A stretch of 63,973 nucleotides of DNA, filler included, from a bacterium (GTDB lineage: Bacteria; UBA9089; CG2-30-40-21; SBAY01), in NCBI GenBank assembly GCA_040757115.1. It is 7 parts of 7 records of this genome, joined end to end, with 100 filler letters (N's around TTAATTAATTAA, not from the genome) between each part and the next. Parts side by side here need not be neighbours in the genome. Positions count along the whole stretch, not along the records: positions 37,860 to 46,929 come from JBFLYA010000150.1; positions 47,030 to 56,073 come from JBFLYA010000151.1; 5 more parts are not named here. One strand, given 5' to 3'. The translations under genes and the position numbers were made by a program. The notes under the pieces were generated by a model that saw only the letters and a program-made list of their open reading frames with translations, made no database searches and was not told the DNA's origin. Shown here piece after piece: positions 39,295 through 49,134 of the stretch; position 1 is the stretch's first letter, and each line of letters starts with the position of its first letter.

Positions 39295-39801
39295 ATGAAA
39301 ATAGGTATTATGGCTGATTCTCACGAGAATATGCCAATGATTGCAAAGGCTGTAGAATATTTTAATCAAGTTCAGGTAGATTTAGTCTTGCATGCGGGTG
39401 ATATTATATCTCCTATTACTTGTAAAGAGTTTAAGCATCTGAATAGTAAACTCATTGCTGTATTTGGAAATAATGATGGAGAAAGGGCTTTATTAACAAA
39501 AAAGTTTAATGAACTAAAGATAGAAATTTATCCGGCTCCTTATGAGTTAACTATTGTAGGAAAAAGGATTTTACTATATCATATTCCAGATTTTTTAGAT
39601 GATTTAATTAAAACTGGGTCGTATGATGTTATTATTTATGGACATACACATACCGTAGATGTTAGAGAAGGTAAAACATTGGTAATTAATCCGGGGGAAT
39701 GTGGTGGGTGGTTAACCAATAATTGCACGGTGGGAATTCTTACATTGCCTGAATGCCGTGTGGAAATAGTTAATATGGAGAATAAATGTGAAAAAAAATA
39801 A
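39295..39801 (+). CDS. YfcE/MJ0936-family metallophosphoesterase
   Basis: DSH, HAGD, GNND, GHTH, NPGE. Confidence 0.92.
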   Translation: MKIGIMADSHENMPMIAKAVEYFNQVQVDLVLHAGDIISPITCKEFKHLNSKLIAVFGNNDGERALLTKKFNELKIEIYPAPYELTIVGKRILLYHIPDFLDDLIKTGSYDVIIYGHTHTVDVREGKTLVINPGECGGWLTNNCTVGILTLPECRVEIVNMENKCEKK

Positions 39802-40744
39802 TGAATCAAGAATAGGATTAGTTTATCATCCAGCTTATTTACTTCATGAGACCCGAGGGCATCCGGAAAATAAACTTCGATTAATAAAAATATTAAAATA
39901 CTTAGAAGAAAGTCCAATTAGAGATAAATTATTTTATATTCCACCACGATATGCGACGGTGGAAGAGGTTAGTTTTGTTCATCCATTGACTTATATAAAA
40001 ATGATAGAGCGTGCCTGCCAGACAAATAAAAAGTCGATAGACCCGGATACCCAGATATGTTCTAAGTCTTATGAAGTCGCACTGTTAGCGGTTGGTGGAG
40101 TAATATCAGCAATTGATACGGTGATGGAAGGGAAGAAGGTAAAAAATGCCTTTGCCTTAATCAGACCACCAGGACATCATGCCGAACCTAATAAAGGAAT
40201 GGGATTTTGTATATTTAATAATATTGCAATTGGCGCAAAATATGCCCAGAAGAAATATGGTCTTAAAAAAATACTGATTATTGACTTTGATGTCCATCAC
40301 GGAAATGGAACACAATTAGTTTTTTATGATGACCCGGGTGTATTATATGGTTCTATTCATCAATATCCATTTTATCCGGGCACAGGGACTCAATTAGAAA
40401 AAGGCGAGGGTAAAGGAGAAGGATTTACTATCAATATTCCTCTTCCGGCTAAAAGTGGTGATTTAGAGTATATTCAGGCATTCAAAAATTACATACAACC
40501 ACAAAGTTTAGAGTTTAACCCGGAGTTAGTTTTAGTTTCTGCGGGATTTGATGCACATAAAGATGACCCGATTGGCGGTATGAAGTTAACTACGGAAGGT
40601 TATAAAAATCTGGCAAAGATGATTTGTGAGATAGCGGAACAATGTTGCGAAGGTAAAATCGTCTCCTGTCTGGAGGGAGGTTATAATTTAGAGGTATTGC
40701 CTGTTCTTGTAGAAGAATATCTATTAGAGATGTTGAATTATTAG
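39788..40744 (+). CDS. Histone deacetylase family protein
   Basis: HPE, RPPGHHA, DFDVHHGNGT, SAGFDAH, LEGGY. Confidence 0.95.
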   Translation: MKKNNESRIGLVYHPAYLLHETRGHPENKLRLIKILKYLEESPIRDKLFYIPPRYATVEEVSFVHPLTYIKMIERACQTNKKSIDPDTQICSKSYEVALLAVGGVISAIDTVMEGKKVKNAFALIRPPGHHAEPNKGMGFCIFNNIAIGAKYAQKKYGLKKILIIDFDVHHGNGTQLVFYDDPGVLYGSIHQYPFYPGTGTQLEKGEGKGEGFTINIPLPAKSGDLEYIQAFKNYIQPQSLEFNPELVLVSAGFDAHKDDPIGGMKLTTEGYKNLAKMICEIAEQCCEGKIVSCLEGGYNLEVLPVLVEEYLLEMLNY

Positions 40745-40768
40745 GGGGAATAATAAGTAATATAAAAA

Positions 40769-41059
40769 GTAACTATTCACCCTATAGGAAAGTAGGAGAG
40801 TAGGGAAGTAGGAAAGGGAAAGAAAATGAATGAGAAGTTATAAGGGAAAAGGGGAAAAACAGGGGAAAATGGGAAAAGAAAAAAGGAAATCACTTTTACC
40901 CTTTTCCCCAATTTTCCATTTTCCCTTTATTACACACTGAGCACTTACAAAATCTTAATTTATGCCGTTGTTGAGTATAGTATGAAGTATTTTCCCCTCT
41001 TCCTACTTCCTACTTTCCTACTTCCTACTTCCTACTTGCTTGGTATGCTGAATAGTTAC
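40769..41059 (+). mobile_element. 291-bp GTAACTATTCA-TIR MITE, TSD TATAAAAA
   Basis: TIRs present; TATAAAAA at 40761-40768 and 41060-41067; interior of GGAAGTA / TTCCTAC microrepeats. Confidence 0.9.
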
Positions 41060-41144
41060 TATAAAAATTGGGAATCAGTGATTAGATTTTCACGCTTTCT
41101 GTGATTTCTAATTTCAATCTATATTACAAAGGGAGGGAATAAAA

Positions 41145-42371
41145 ATGAATTTTAAAAGCATAATCTTATCTCTATGTTTTTTGATTATTCTTCCCGTTGG
41201 TGTTTTTGGAGCAGGGGCGGCATTTTTAAAAATGGATGTAGGAGCAAGACCTCAGGCACTGGGTGGGGCATATACGGCTTTAGCAGATGATGTCACCTCT
41301 ATTTATTGGAATCCAGCAGGACTTGCCCGGATAAATCAGCCAGAATTTAATTTTATGCACAATGAATGGTTTGAGGGAATTAATTATGAATTTGTTGGCG
41401 TAGCATATCCTGTAGAAGATTTGACCTTTGCCACCTCTGTAACCTACCTCTATATGGATGAAATAAAAGAGATATTAAGGGATACTCAGGGTTACGGAAA
41501 TGGCAGATATTGGGAAACAGGGAAATTGTTTACGGCAGAAAATATGGCATTATCTTTAGCCTTTGCCCAGGCAATCGAAGAAAATCTCTTTATGGGAGTG
41601 AATTTTAAATATATTTATGAAACTATTGAAGATACCTCTGCTTCTGGATTTGCTGTGGATTTAGGAATATTAACTAAACCATCAAATAAACTTGGATTGG
41701 GATTTGTTATATGTAATGTAGGTCCTAAGATGAAATTTATAAAGGATGAATTCGCATTACCATTAACATATCGGGCTGGAATATCTTATCAATTAGGAAG
41801 GAATTTTAATATTTCTTTTGATATAAAAAAGATTAAAGATGAGAAAATAGATTTTTGTGCGGGTATAGAATCATGGTTTGGTGAATGGTTAGCGTTAAGA
41901 TTTAGTGGGAAAACAAATTCAGATAATAAACTGGGGAAATTTAAAGGTTTATCTACGGGGATGTCTGCTGGATGTGGATTTAAACTGGGTAATTCTGTGC
42001 TCGTAGATTACGCTTATGCACCTTATGGTGATTTGGGCGATACCCACAAACTCTCTATCTCAACAAAATTTGGCACTAAAAGGATTCCAACACCTAAAGT
42101 TAAACCAATAAAAGTTTATCAACCTATAAAATCTTATGAAGGGGCTAAACCAGAGATAACTAAACCGCTCAAAAAACCAGAGATATTAACTGTTCGGGTA
42201 AAGATGGATAATGTCGCTATCTGGGATGGTCCTGGTTCGAATTATCAACGCATTGCCACAGTTTCCAAAGGAACAGAATTGCCTGTTCTGGATACATCGA
42301 AGAAATGGTATTATAAAGTTATGTTAGAAGATGGGACTATTGGTTGGATATGTTCTACTTTTGTTGAGTAA
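41145..42371 (+). CDS. PorV/PorQ-family barrel with a C-terminal SH3b domain
   Basis: GARPQALGGAY..YWNPAGL; GPGSNY...WYYKV..GTIGWI. Confidence 0.85.
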   Translation: MNFKSIILSLCFLIILPVGVFGAGAAFLKMDVGARPQALGGAYTALADDVTSIYWNPAGLARINQPEFNFMHNEWFEGINYEFVGVAYPVEDLTFATSVTYLYMDEIKEILRDTQGYGNGRYWETGKLFTAENMALSLAFAQAIEENLFMGVNFKYIYETIEDTSASGFAVDLGILTKPSNKLGLGFVICNVGPKMKFIKDEFALPLTYRAGISYQLGRNFNISFDIKKIKDEKIDFCAGIESWFGEWLALRFSGKTNSDNKLGKFKGLSTGMSAGCGFKLGNSVLVDYAYAPYGDLGDTHKLSISTKFGTKRIPTPKVKPIKVYQPIKSYEGAKPEITKPLKKPEILTVRVKMDNVAIWDGPGSNYQRIATVSKGTELPVLDTSKKWYYKVMLEDGTIGWICSTFVE

Positions 42372-42492
42372 ATTTTACTATGGATGACATAAATTTCACG
42401 AAAGAAGGATAATTATTTATGGAATTTCAAGAGGTTTTTTTAACCTCTTTAATATATAAAAATAGAATTTAAACCGAGGAGGATATAAATAT

Positions 42493-42900
42493 ATGGCAGA
42501 GATTTTAAAATGTGCAGGTGCAGTTTATCTTGGTATTGAAAAAGAAGGAGATACCTGGCTTGGTAAATTGACCGGAGAATTAACTATATGTGGAGAAGGA
42601 AATCTAAAACTTTCAACAGAAGGAGTAACATTTAAACGCTGGCTTCCGCCACGAGAATTCGTTATTCCAATTGAAAAGATAAAAAAAGTAGAGTTGAGCA
42701 CTACTCATTTACTTAAACCTGTATTCCCGGGGAGAGTCCTTAGAATTGTATATCAAGAATCTCAAGATATACTTATTTTTGGAGTATGGCTTGGGACTCG
42801 GGATGGAATAAAATGGAAAACTAAGATAGAATCTCTTCTAACTGGACAGGGTCAAACCGTGACAAAAGAAAGTGAAGAGGGAAGAGAAGAAGATAAATAG
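42493..42900 (+). CDS. Hypothetical protein (possible PH-like fold)
   Basis: 135-aa ORF with GGAGG RBS. Confidence 0.6.
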   Translation: MAEILKCAGAVYLGIEKEGDTWLGKLTGELTICGEGNLKLSTEGVTFKRWLPPREFVIPIEKIKKVELSTTHLLKPVFPGRVLRIVYQESQDILIFGVWLGTRDGIKWKTKIESLLTGQGQTVTKESEEGREEDK

Positions 42901-43021
42901 GCGAGGACAAAATTAATTGTGTGATATCAGAACGCAAGCTTTTTCTCAGAATTTATCAGGATTTTTTAGCCTATTCTGAAAGGTGTAGAAATTAAGAAGG
43001 GAACAGATGGTAGAATAATAG

Positions 43022-43258
43022 GTAACCGTTCAGGCTATATATCAAAAGTGTAAGAAAGGGGATAAGGAGATAAGAGTGATATGGAGATAAGATAATAGAA
43101 ATAGATTGAAATTTATAGAAATAGGTAGAAATTGATTGTGGAAAACAACAAATTTCCATAAATTTCTATTAGTTTCTATTAATTTCAATTTTTTTAATAA
43201 TATCTCCCTATCTCCTTAATCTCCACATCTCCTTTTGTTACACCACCTGAACGCTTAC
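43022..43258 (+). mobile_element. 237-bp GTAAC-TIR MITE without a perfect TSD
   Basis: Same sequence as 17941-18177; flanks AATAATAG and AATATCTG differ. Confidence 0.9.
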
Positions 43259-43285
43259 AATATCTGGATATTAAGGAGGAAGATT

Positions 43286-43534
43286 ATGCCTTCACAAGTG
43301 TTGAGTAGTATGGAGAAAACAATCAGCCATTTATCTGGTATGGAACAGTTATGGCTGATTGAGCAACTTGCTCATCGCTTACAAGAGAACCTGATGAAAA
43401 CTCATGTGATTGAACAGTATGCTTTCGAAAGCCAACTTGCTGCGATGTCAATGGACCCTGAGGTTCGAGCTGAGTTGCAAAAGATTGATCAAGAGTTTAC
43501 TGTAACGGAAGCAGATGGATTGGAGAGCAGATAA
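43286..43534 (+). CDS. Putative antitoxin of the MazF/PemK toxin
   Basis: AGGAGG RBS; acidic C-terminus (EFTVTEADGL); stop overlaps the toxin ATG. Confidence 0.75.
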   Translation: MPSQVLSSMEKTISHLSGMEQLWLIEQLAHRLQENLMKTHVIEQYAFESQLAAMSMDPEVRAELQKIDQEFTVTEADGLESR

Positions 43535-43881
43535 TGACCATTAATCGAGGAGAAATTTATTTTGTCAATTTGGATCCTGTGAAGGGACGAGAGCAAGCAG
43601 GGCAACGTCCAGTATTGGTTTTATCTGTAGATGCCATTAATAAATTGCCTCTTGTGGTTACAGTCGTTGTTGGGACAAGAGGCGAAAACATTTCTCGTGA
43701 TTATCCGACAAATGTCCGTGTATCACCAGAAGATAGTGGTTTAGCGATAGAAACAATTTTCTTATGTTTTCAAATCCGTTCATTGGATCCCAAACGGTTT
43801 CCTGATAAACCAGCTGGCAAGGTTTCAGGTAAGGTATTAGAGAAGATTGAAACAGCTGTTCGTTACTCCCTTGGGCTATGA
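43534..43881 (+). CDS. mazF: PemK/MazF endoribonuclease toxin
   Basis: RGEIYFVNLDPVKGREQAGQRPVLVLS and QIRSLD. Confidence 0.92.
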   Translation: MTINRGEIYFVNLDPVKGREQAGQRPVLVLSVDAINKLPLVVTVVVGTRGENISRDYPTNVRVSPEDSGLAIETIFLCFQIRSLDPKRFPDKPAGKVSGKVLEKIETAVRYSLGL

Positions 43882-43928
43882 TTGATGTCAAATAGGGGAT
43901 TGAATTTGAGAAAATGCCCGAAGAACTT

Positions 43929-44061
43929 CAGATAACATGGGATAAACAAAATTGGAGGTTATTGTTCTCTTAATTTCTAAGCATCAAACAAAGGATGTGT
44001 GGTTAAAACTGTTACGATCTTTCCGAACCTCCAACTTCGTTTATCCCAAGAACGTTATCTG
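43929..44061 (+). mobile_element. Integron attC site 1
   Basis: CAGATAAC ... GTTATCTG; inner stem GGGATAAAC..TTGGAGG / CCTCCAA..GTTTATCCC. Confidence 0.8.
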
Positions 44062-44114
44062 ACATTCGGCTTGACAGATAGCATCTTCAAGAGCAATACC
44101 GGGAGGTGTTTGAA

Positions 44115-44327
44115 ATGGCAACACGAATCTTTACCGCGGTTCTCCACAAGGAAGAAAACCTGTACGTAGCAGAATGCCCCGAAGTTGGGACGGTTAGCCA
44201 GGGGTACACTGTTGAGGAAGCCATCGCCAATCTGCGAGAAGCGACGGAGCTTTACCTGGAAAAGTTCCCCCTACTTGAAGTTACCAAGCCGTTGATGACC
44301 ACTTTTGAGGCGGAGGCGTATGCTTAA
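44115..44327 (+). CDS. hicB: HicB family antitoxin
   Basis: YVAECPEVGTVSQGYTVEEAIANLREATELYLE. Confidence 0.9.
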   Translation: MATRIFTAVLHKEENLYVAECPEVGTVSQGYTVEEAIANLREATELYLEKFPLLEVTKPLMTTFEAEAYA

Positions 44328-44547
44328 GTTACGCAGGGTATCGGGAAAAGAAACTATCCGTGCACTGGAACGCCTGAGTTTCGAGAGAGTGCGGCAACGC
44401 GGCAACCACGTGGTGCTTAAGAAACAAACGCCAGAGGGCGCTGTCGGATGCGTGGTTCCTCTGCACCGTGAGCTGGCGATAGGCACGTTAAGGGGCATTC
44501 TGCGGCAAGCCAGGATAACCCCTGATGAGTTTATGGAGAACCTTTAG
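44320..44547 (+). CDS. hicA: HicA family mRNA interferase toxin
   Basis: RQRGNHV..VVPLHRELAIGTLRGILRQA. Confidence 0.9.
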   Translation: MLKLRRVSGKETIRALERLSFERVRQRGNHVVLKKQTPEGAVGCVVPLHRELAIGTLRGILRQARITPDEFMENL

Positions 44548-44565
44548 CGAACGAGCGCCGAACGT

Positions 44566-44640
44566 CAGATAACACGGGCTTTGCGGCTCACTTCGTTCGC
44601 CCAAATGCTTCGCACTTCGCAAAGTCCAAAAACGTTAGGC
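44566..44640 (+). mobile_element. Integron attC site 2
   Basis: CAGATAAC ... GTTAGGC; inner stem GGGCTTTGCG / CGCAAAGTCC. Confidence 0.8.
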
Positions 44641-44678
44641 GCAATTTCGGCTAATAGTATGCATATGGAGGATACATA

Positions 44679-45500
44679 ATGACAGACAAATATGGAAGTC
44701 ATGCAGATTATATGGAATGGGTGAAAGACGATGCAGATTCACGACAAAAATCTATAGAGAAAGCTCTACATGAGGCATTTTCTAATTTCATAGAAAAACG
44801 AGAAGTTGAAGTCATTGTCTTTTCGAGTATGAACGCTTTTGATCTTGCAGAAGCTATCGTTAGCCGCCCCCTCATTCTTAAACCACTTTTAGCTGCCTGT
44901 AATATTGCGGCAAGAGCAATCGAACGCGACTTATCTATCAAAAATTTAAATACCTATAGTCCTCATCTGAATGAAGATCAGGCTAAAGTTATTGCAGGAT
45001 ATATCAAGCCGTTTTTGCCGTCGTATTTAGAAATCCCCGCCCTCAGCCAGATTGATAGGGTTGCCTTTATTGATAAAGAAATTAGGAAAGGAAAGGGGCG
45101 GTGGGAAAAAGATATCCTTGAAAGTCTTAATAGGTTTAGTAGCTTACAGTTCCATAAACGAATATTTACAGCTGGGGGCGAAGAATTTGAGCTGGATGCA
45201 GCCAGTCCAAAGTCGGGGGATATTAAAGTTGGAGTAGATATAAAAAGAATCGAAGCCAGAAGAGATATCCATAAGCGATGCGATGAAATCGTTAATAAAG
45301 CGGCCAAATTAAAATCAACTTTTCCGAATAGCAAATTTGGTGCTGTTGTGTATTATCCGTTTATTGAAGAACATATAAACATTCAGAATCGCCTTCGTTC
45401 GGATAACATAGATTGCGTTGTTTTTGCCTCAGAGTCAAATGAGTCCATCGAAAATGCGGTGAGAATGTTTCTTTCAACGCTGGGAGTATCGAGAAAATGA
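44679..45500 (+). CDS. Putative type II restriction endonuclease (PD-(D/E)XK-like)
   Basis: E..ELDAA..VGVDIK motif; ATGA overlap with the methyltransferase gene. Confidence 0.6.
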   Translation: MTDKYGSHADYMEWVKDDADSRQKSIEKALHEAFSNFIEKREVEVIVFSSMNAFDLAEAIVSRPLILKPLLAACNIAARAIERDLSIKNLNTYSPHLNEDQAKVIAGYIKPFLPSYLEIPALSQIDRVAFIDKEIRKGKGRWEKDILESLNRFSSLQFHKRIFTAGGEEFELDAASPKSGDIKVGVDIKRIEARRDIHKRCDEIVNKAAKLKSTFPNSKFGAVVYYPFIEEHINIQNRLRSDNIDCVVFASESNESIENAVRMFLSTLGVSRK

Positions 45501-46384
45501 CCAGTCCTAAAACTTTACATCGCTTAATTCAAGGAGATGCTAGGAACCTTTCATTCATACCAGATGAAAGTATCCACCTGGTTGTGACTTCACCCCCTTA
45601 CTGGATACTCAAAAAGTACCGTGATTATCCCGGCCAGATGGGGCATATTGATGACTATGAGCAGTTCATAGAAGGCCTATCAAAAGTCTGGCAGCATTGC
45701 TATCGTATATTAGTCTCCGGTGGGAGATTGGTTTGTGTGGTTGGGGATGTGTGTCTTGCACGAAGAAAATTCGGTAGGCATGTTGTGGTCCCCCTCCACG
45801 CAGACATAGCCGTAGCATGCAGGAAAATAGGTTTTGATAATTTGAATCCTATTATTTGGTATAAAATTGCTAAAGCTACATACGAAGTTAACAATGGTAC
45901 CAAATTTTTTGGCAAACCTTTTGAGCCTAATGCCATAATTAAAAATGACATTGAGTTTATCCTTATGCAACGTAAACCAGGTGGTTACCGTAAACCTACC
46001 TTTGACCAACGTCAATTGAGCAAGATCGGCGAGAAAGAGTATGAGCAATGGTTCCAACAAATCTGGAACATTCCGGGGGCGTCAACGAAAGACCATCCTG
46101 CTCCCTTTCCATTCGAATTGGCATATAGACTGGTTAGGATGTTTTCTTTCTGGGGAGATACTGTCCTCGACCCTTTCTGTGGAACAGGGACGACAATGCT
46201 TGCCGCAATAAAGACTAATAGGAACAGCATTGGTGTTGAAATTGATCCTGAGTATTGTCAAATGGCATTGGAAAGACTTCGACGAGAAGGACGAACTTTA
46301 TACAATGAAATAGAGATAAAGTTTGAGAAAATGGAGGGGTCTATCAATGAGGGGAGTGAGAATGATGCCGAAAACAGCGCCTAA
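45497..46384 (+). CDS. Beta-class N4-cytosine/N6-adenine DNA methyltransferase
   Basis: TSPPY precedes HPAPFP and LDPFCGTGTT; SPPY suggests m4C. Confidence 0.93.
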   Translation: MTSPKTLHRLIQGDARNLSFIPDESIHLVVTSPPYWILKKYRDYPGQMGHIDDYEQFIEGLSKVWQHCYRILVSGGRLVCVVGDVCLARRKFGRHVVVPLHADIAVACRKIGFDNLNPIIWYKIAKATYEVNNGTKFFGKPFEPNAIIKNDIEFILMQRKPGGYRKPTFDQRQLSKIGEKEYEQWFQQIWNIPGASTKDHPAPFPFELAYRLVRMFSFWGDTVLDPFCGTGTTMLAAIKTNRNSIGVEIDPEYCQMALERLRREGRTLYNEIEIKFEKMEGSINEGSENDAENSA

Positions 46385-46619
46385 CACAGCATAAAAGGTT
46401 CGTGCCTTACGGCACCCACCTAAATCCTTCGCTAACGCTCAGGACTTCTTTTATGCTGGAGCCGATAACCAAAATGACGCAGAGCTCAAAGCCCTTTGGG
46501 GTTCGCATTTTGCGGGACACCTACGAAGTGGGGCACATGAAGTGGGTCGCGCTTGCGGGTCGGGGCTGAAGCCAAAATGCCCCTAAAGGGGCACTTCGCT
46601 CATCCGCACCACGTTAGGC
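46379..46619 (+). mobile_element. attC site(s) 3/4
   Basis: GCCTAAC overlaps the MTase stop; CAGCATAAAAG / CTTTTATGCTG stem; GATAACC at 46464; GTTAGGC at 46613. Confidence 0.7.
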
Positions 46620-47131
46620 GAAAGGGCAAGCAAAAAGGATAATCAAAATGGAACCAAAAGACTATAAGAACAGAAGTTACCTTTCAGCAATAGAAGCAGC
46701 TAAATTTTTATGGAGGAGTGGGAGCAAACCTTGAATATTGAATTTAGAATACCCACAACGGTAGATAACAGCAGGCTAAAAACTTCTTGATAATATTGAT
46801 AATGAGCTTTCTCAACAAATGGATAGGTAAGGTTGATAACAATTATATTAGGAGAGAGCGAAAGGTAGTTTGGGAAGAAAAAAATTCTTTGACAACCCAG
46901 AAGGGAGATTTTTTGGGGTTAAAAGGGCGNNNNNNNNNNNNNNNNNNNNNNNNNNNNNNNNNNNNNNNNNNNNTTAATTAATTAANNNNNNNNNNNNNNN
47001 NNNNNNNNNNNNNNNNNNNNNNNNNNNNNTATAAAAACATCAAGAAACTCTAAGGAAATAACTATAGAAATACAATAATAAAAAATTAATTTTAATCCTG
47101 TTCATCTGCGAAAATCTGCGTCCCATTTTAC

Positions 47132-47290
47132 ATTTTCAGGGGAAACGGTCATGCCCACAGGGAGTGGGCACAAAGGAAGGTGAAAATAAAGGAAGGATGC
47201 GGGCGGGGATGCTGAAGTCGAACAACGCAAGCTAAAGCCTGCGGCTACCAGCCTTCCCGAGTCCCGAACCCCGAGTCCCGAGTCCCGATT
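47132..47290. repeat. Composite ~155-bp repeat containing a GTAG-type REP palindrome; copy at 49780-49934
   Basis: ACGCA(A/G)GCTAAAGCCTG(C/T)GGCTAC followed by CCCGAGT heptamers in both copies. Confidence 0.85.
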
Positions 47291-47337
47291 TTCAGAAGAA
47301 CGGCTTAGAATTTGGGGGTAAAGGGTATTTATATACG

Positions 47338-48366
47338 ATGAATTCAGGTAACCTTTTTGCTCAACCAGAATATTTAGTTATATTAACCGCTATACCTGTT
47401 TTAATCCTGTTTTACATAGTTGTATTTTACCAGAAAAAAAAGGCATTGGCTAAATTTGGTAATTTAGACCTGCTAAAAAAATTGTCTCCGACAATAAGTA
47501 ATAACCGACAAAAAATAAAGGTTGTTTTAATTGTCTTAAGTTTTATTTTATTGGTAATTGCCCTGGCAAGACCTCAAATAGGCACCAAATCAGGGATAAT
47601 AAAAAGAACAGGTATCGACATAATTTTAGCGATTGATACCTCGTTGAGTATGCTGGCGGAGGATATTAAACCAAATAGACTCACAAATGCAAAACAAAAA
47701 ATAAGTAACTTGATTGATAAATTAAGAGGAGACCGTGTGGGATTGGTTGTTTTTGCGGGTGAAAGTTTTGTCCAATGCCCATTAACCCTTGATTACAGTG
47801 CGGCAAAGATATTCCTCGAGGCAATTGATATAAATACCGTGCCAGTGCCAGGAACGGCTATTGGAAATGCCATAAGATGTGCCACCGCGGCATTTGTCAA
47901 AAAGGAACAAAAATATAAAGCACTGATTCTACTTACGGATGGAGAAGACCATAACAGTAATCCTATTCAAGCGGCTAAAGAGGCACAAAAAAAAGGCGTG
48001 AAAATCTATACCGTTGGCATAGGCTCGACTCGAGGAGAACCTATACCTGTTAAAACCCCAGATGGACAAGTTGAATATAAAAAAGATGCCTTATGTGAAA
48101 TCGTTATGAGTAAGTTAGATGAAACAACTCTGGAAAAAATTGCATCTTTAACTAATGGTAAATACTATCAAGCGACCTACGGCGAAATTGAATTAAATAA
48201 AATATATCAGGATATTTTAAGAATGGAAAAGAAACAACTTCTGTCGAAACAATACATTCAGTATGAAGATAGGTTTCAATATTTCTTAATTGGTGTCTTG
48301 ATTTTACTGGTAATAGAAATGAGTATCAGCACCCACAGAAAAATGGCGGTGGAAAGATTTGAATAG
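47338..48366 (+). CDS. batB: BatB-like VWA-domain membrane protein
   Basis: ALARPQ, DTSLSM MIDAS, LLTDGEDH. Confidence 0.85.
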   Translation: MNSGNLFAQPEYLVILTAIPVLILFYIVVFYQKKKALAKFGNLDLLKKLSPTISNNRQKIKVVLIVLSFILLVIALARPQIGTKSGIIKRTGIDIILAIDTSLSMLAEDIKPNRLTNAKQKISNLIDKLRGDRVGLVVFAGESFVQCPLTLDYSAAKIFLEAIDINTVPVPGTAIGNAIRCATAAFVKKEQKYKALILLTDGEDHNSNPIQAAKEAQKKGVKIYTVGIGSTRGEPIPVKTPDGQVEYKKDALCEIVMSKLDETTLEKIASLTNGKYYQATYGEIELNKIYQDILRMEKKQLLSKQYIQYEDRFQYFLIGVLILLVIEMSISTHRKMAVERFE

Positions 48367-49024
48367 AATTAAGGTAATTATTTTAATATCTTTTTGTACC
48401 TTTTTAGGTTTTTTAGACCCTGTTGCTGATAAAAATAGGGTTGGAAATAAACTTTATGAGCAAGAGAAATATGATGAGGCATTAGTAAAATATCGAGAGG
48501 CACAACTTAAAAAACCTCAATCCACAGAGTTATATTTTAATATAGGCAATGCCTTTTATAAAAAACAACAATATGAAAAGGCAATTAAAGAATATCAAAA
48601 TGCCCTTAAAAATAAGGAGACCTTATTCCAGGCTAAAACTTATTATAACATTGGTAATTCTCAATATAGAGATGGGAAATTAGTTGATGCCATTGTTTCA
48701 TATAAAAAATCATTACAGATTAATCCTGATGATTTAGAGGCAAAGTATAATTTAGAATTTGTGCATAAAAAATTAAAACAGCTATCTCAAAAACACCCTG
48801 CTAAATCTGAACAACAAAAACAAAAAAAATCTAAAGGTAGTGAAGGGGAAAATGGTAAAGATAAAGAAAAACAAACTCAACAAGCAAAGCAAGAAGATAA
48901 AAATAAGATGTCTAAAGAAGATGCAGGGCGAATATTACAGGCTTTAGAAGAGGAAGAAAAAGAGATTCAAAAGCGAAAACAAGTTCAGATTAGTGGAGAT
49001 AAGCAGATAGAAAAGGATTGGTAA
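48359..49024 (+). CDS. batC: BatC-like TPR protein
   Basis: TPR repeats, AKYNLE, C-terminal EKDW. Confidence 0.8.
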   Translation: MNRIKVIILISFCTFLGFLDPVADKNRVGNKLYEQEKYDEALVKYREAQLKKPQSTELYFNIGNAFYKKQQYEKAIKEYQNALKNKETLFQAKTYYNIGNSQYRDGKLVDAIVSYKKSLQINPDDLEAKYNLEFVHKKLKQLSQKHPAKSEQQKQKKSKGSEGENGKDKEKQTQQAKQEDKNKMSKEDAGRILQALEEEEKEIQKRKQVQISGDKQIEKDW

Positions 49025-49134
49025 TCAGGTAATCGATTAATATGGTAATTGGTAACTAATTACCAGTTACCAATTACCAATTACCAATTACCAGTTACCA
49101 ATTACCAATTACCAACTACAAGGAGGATTGAAAA

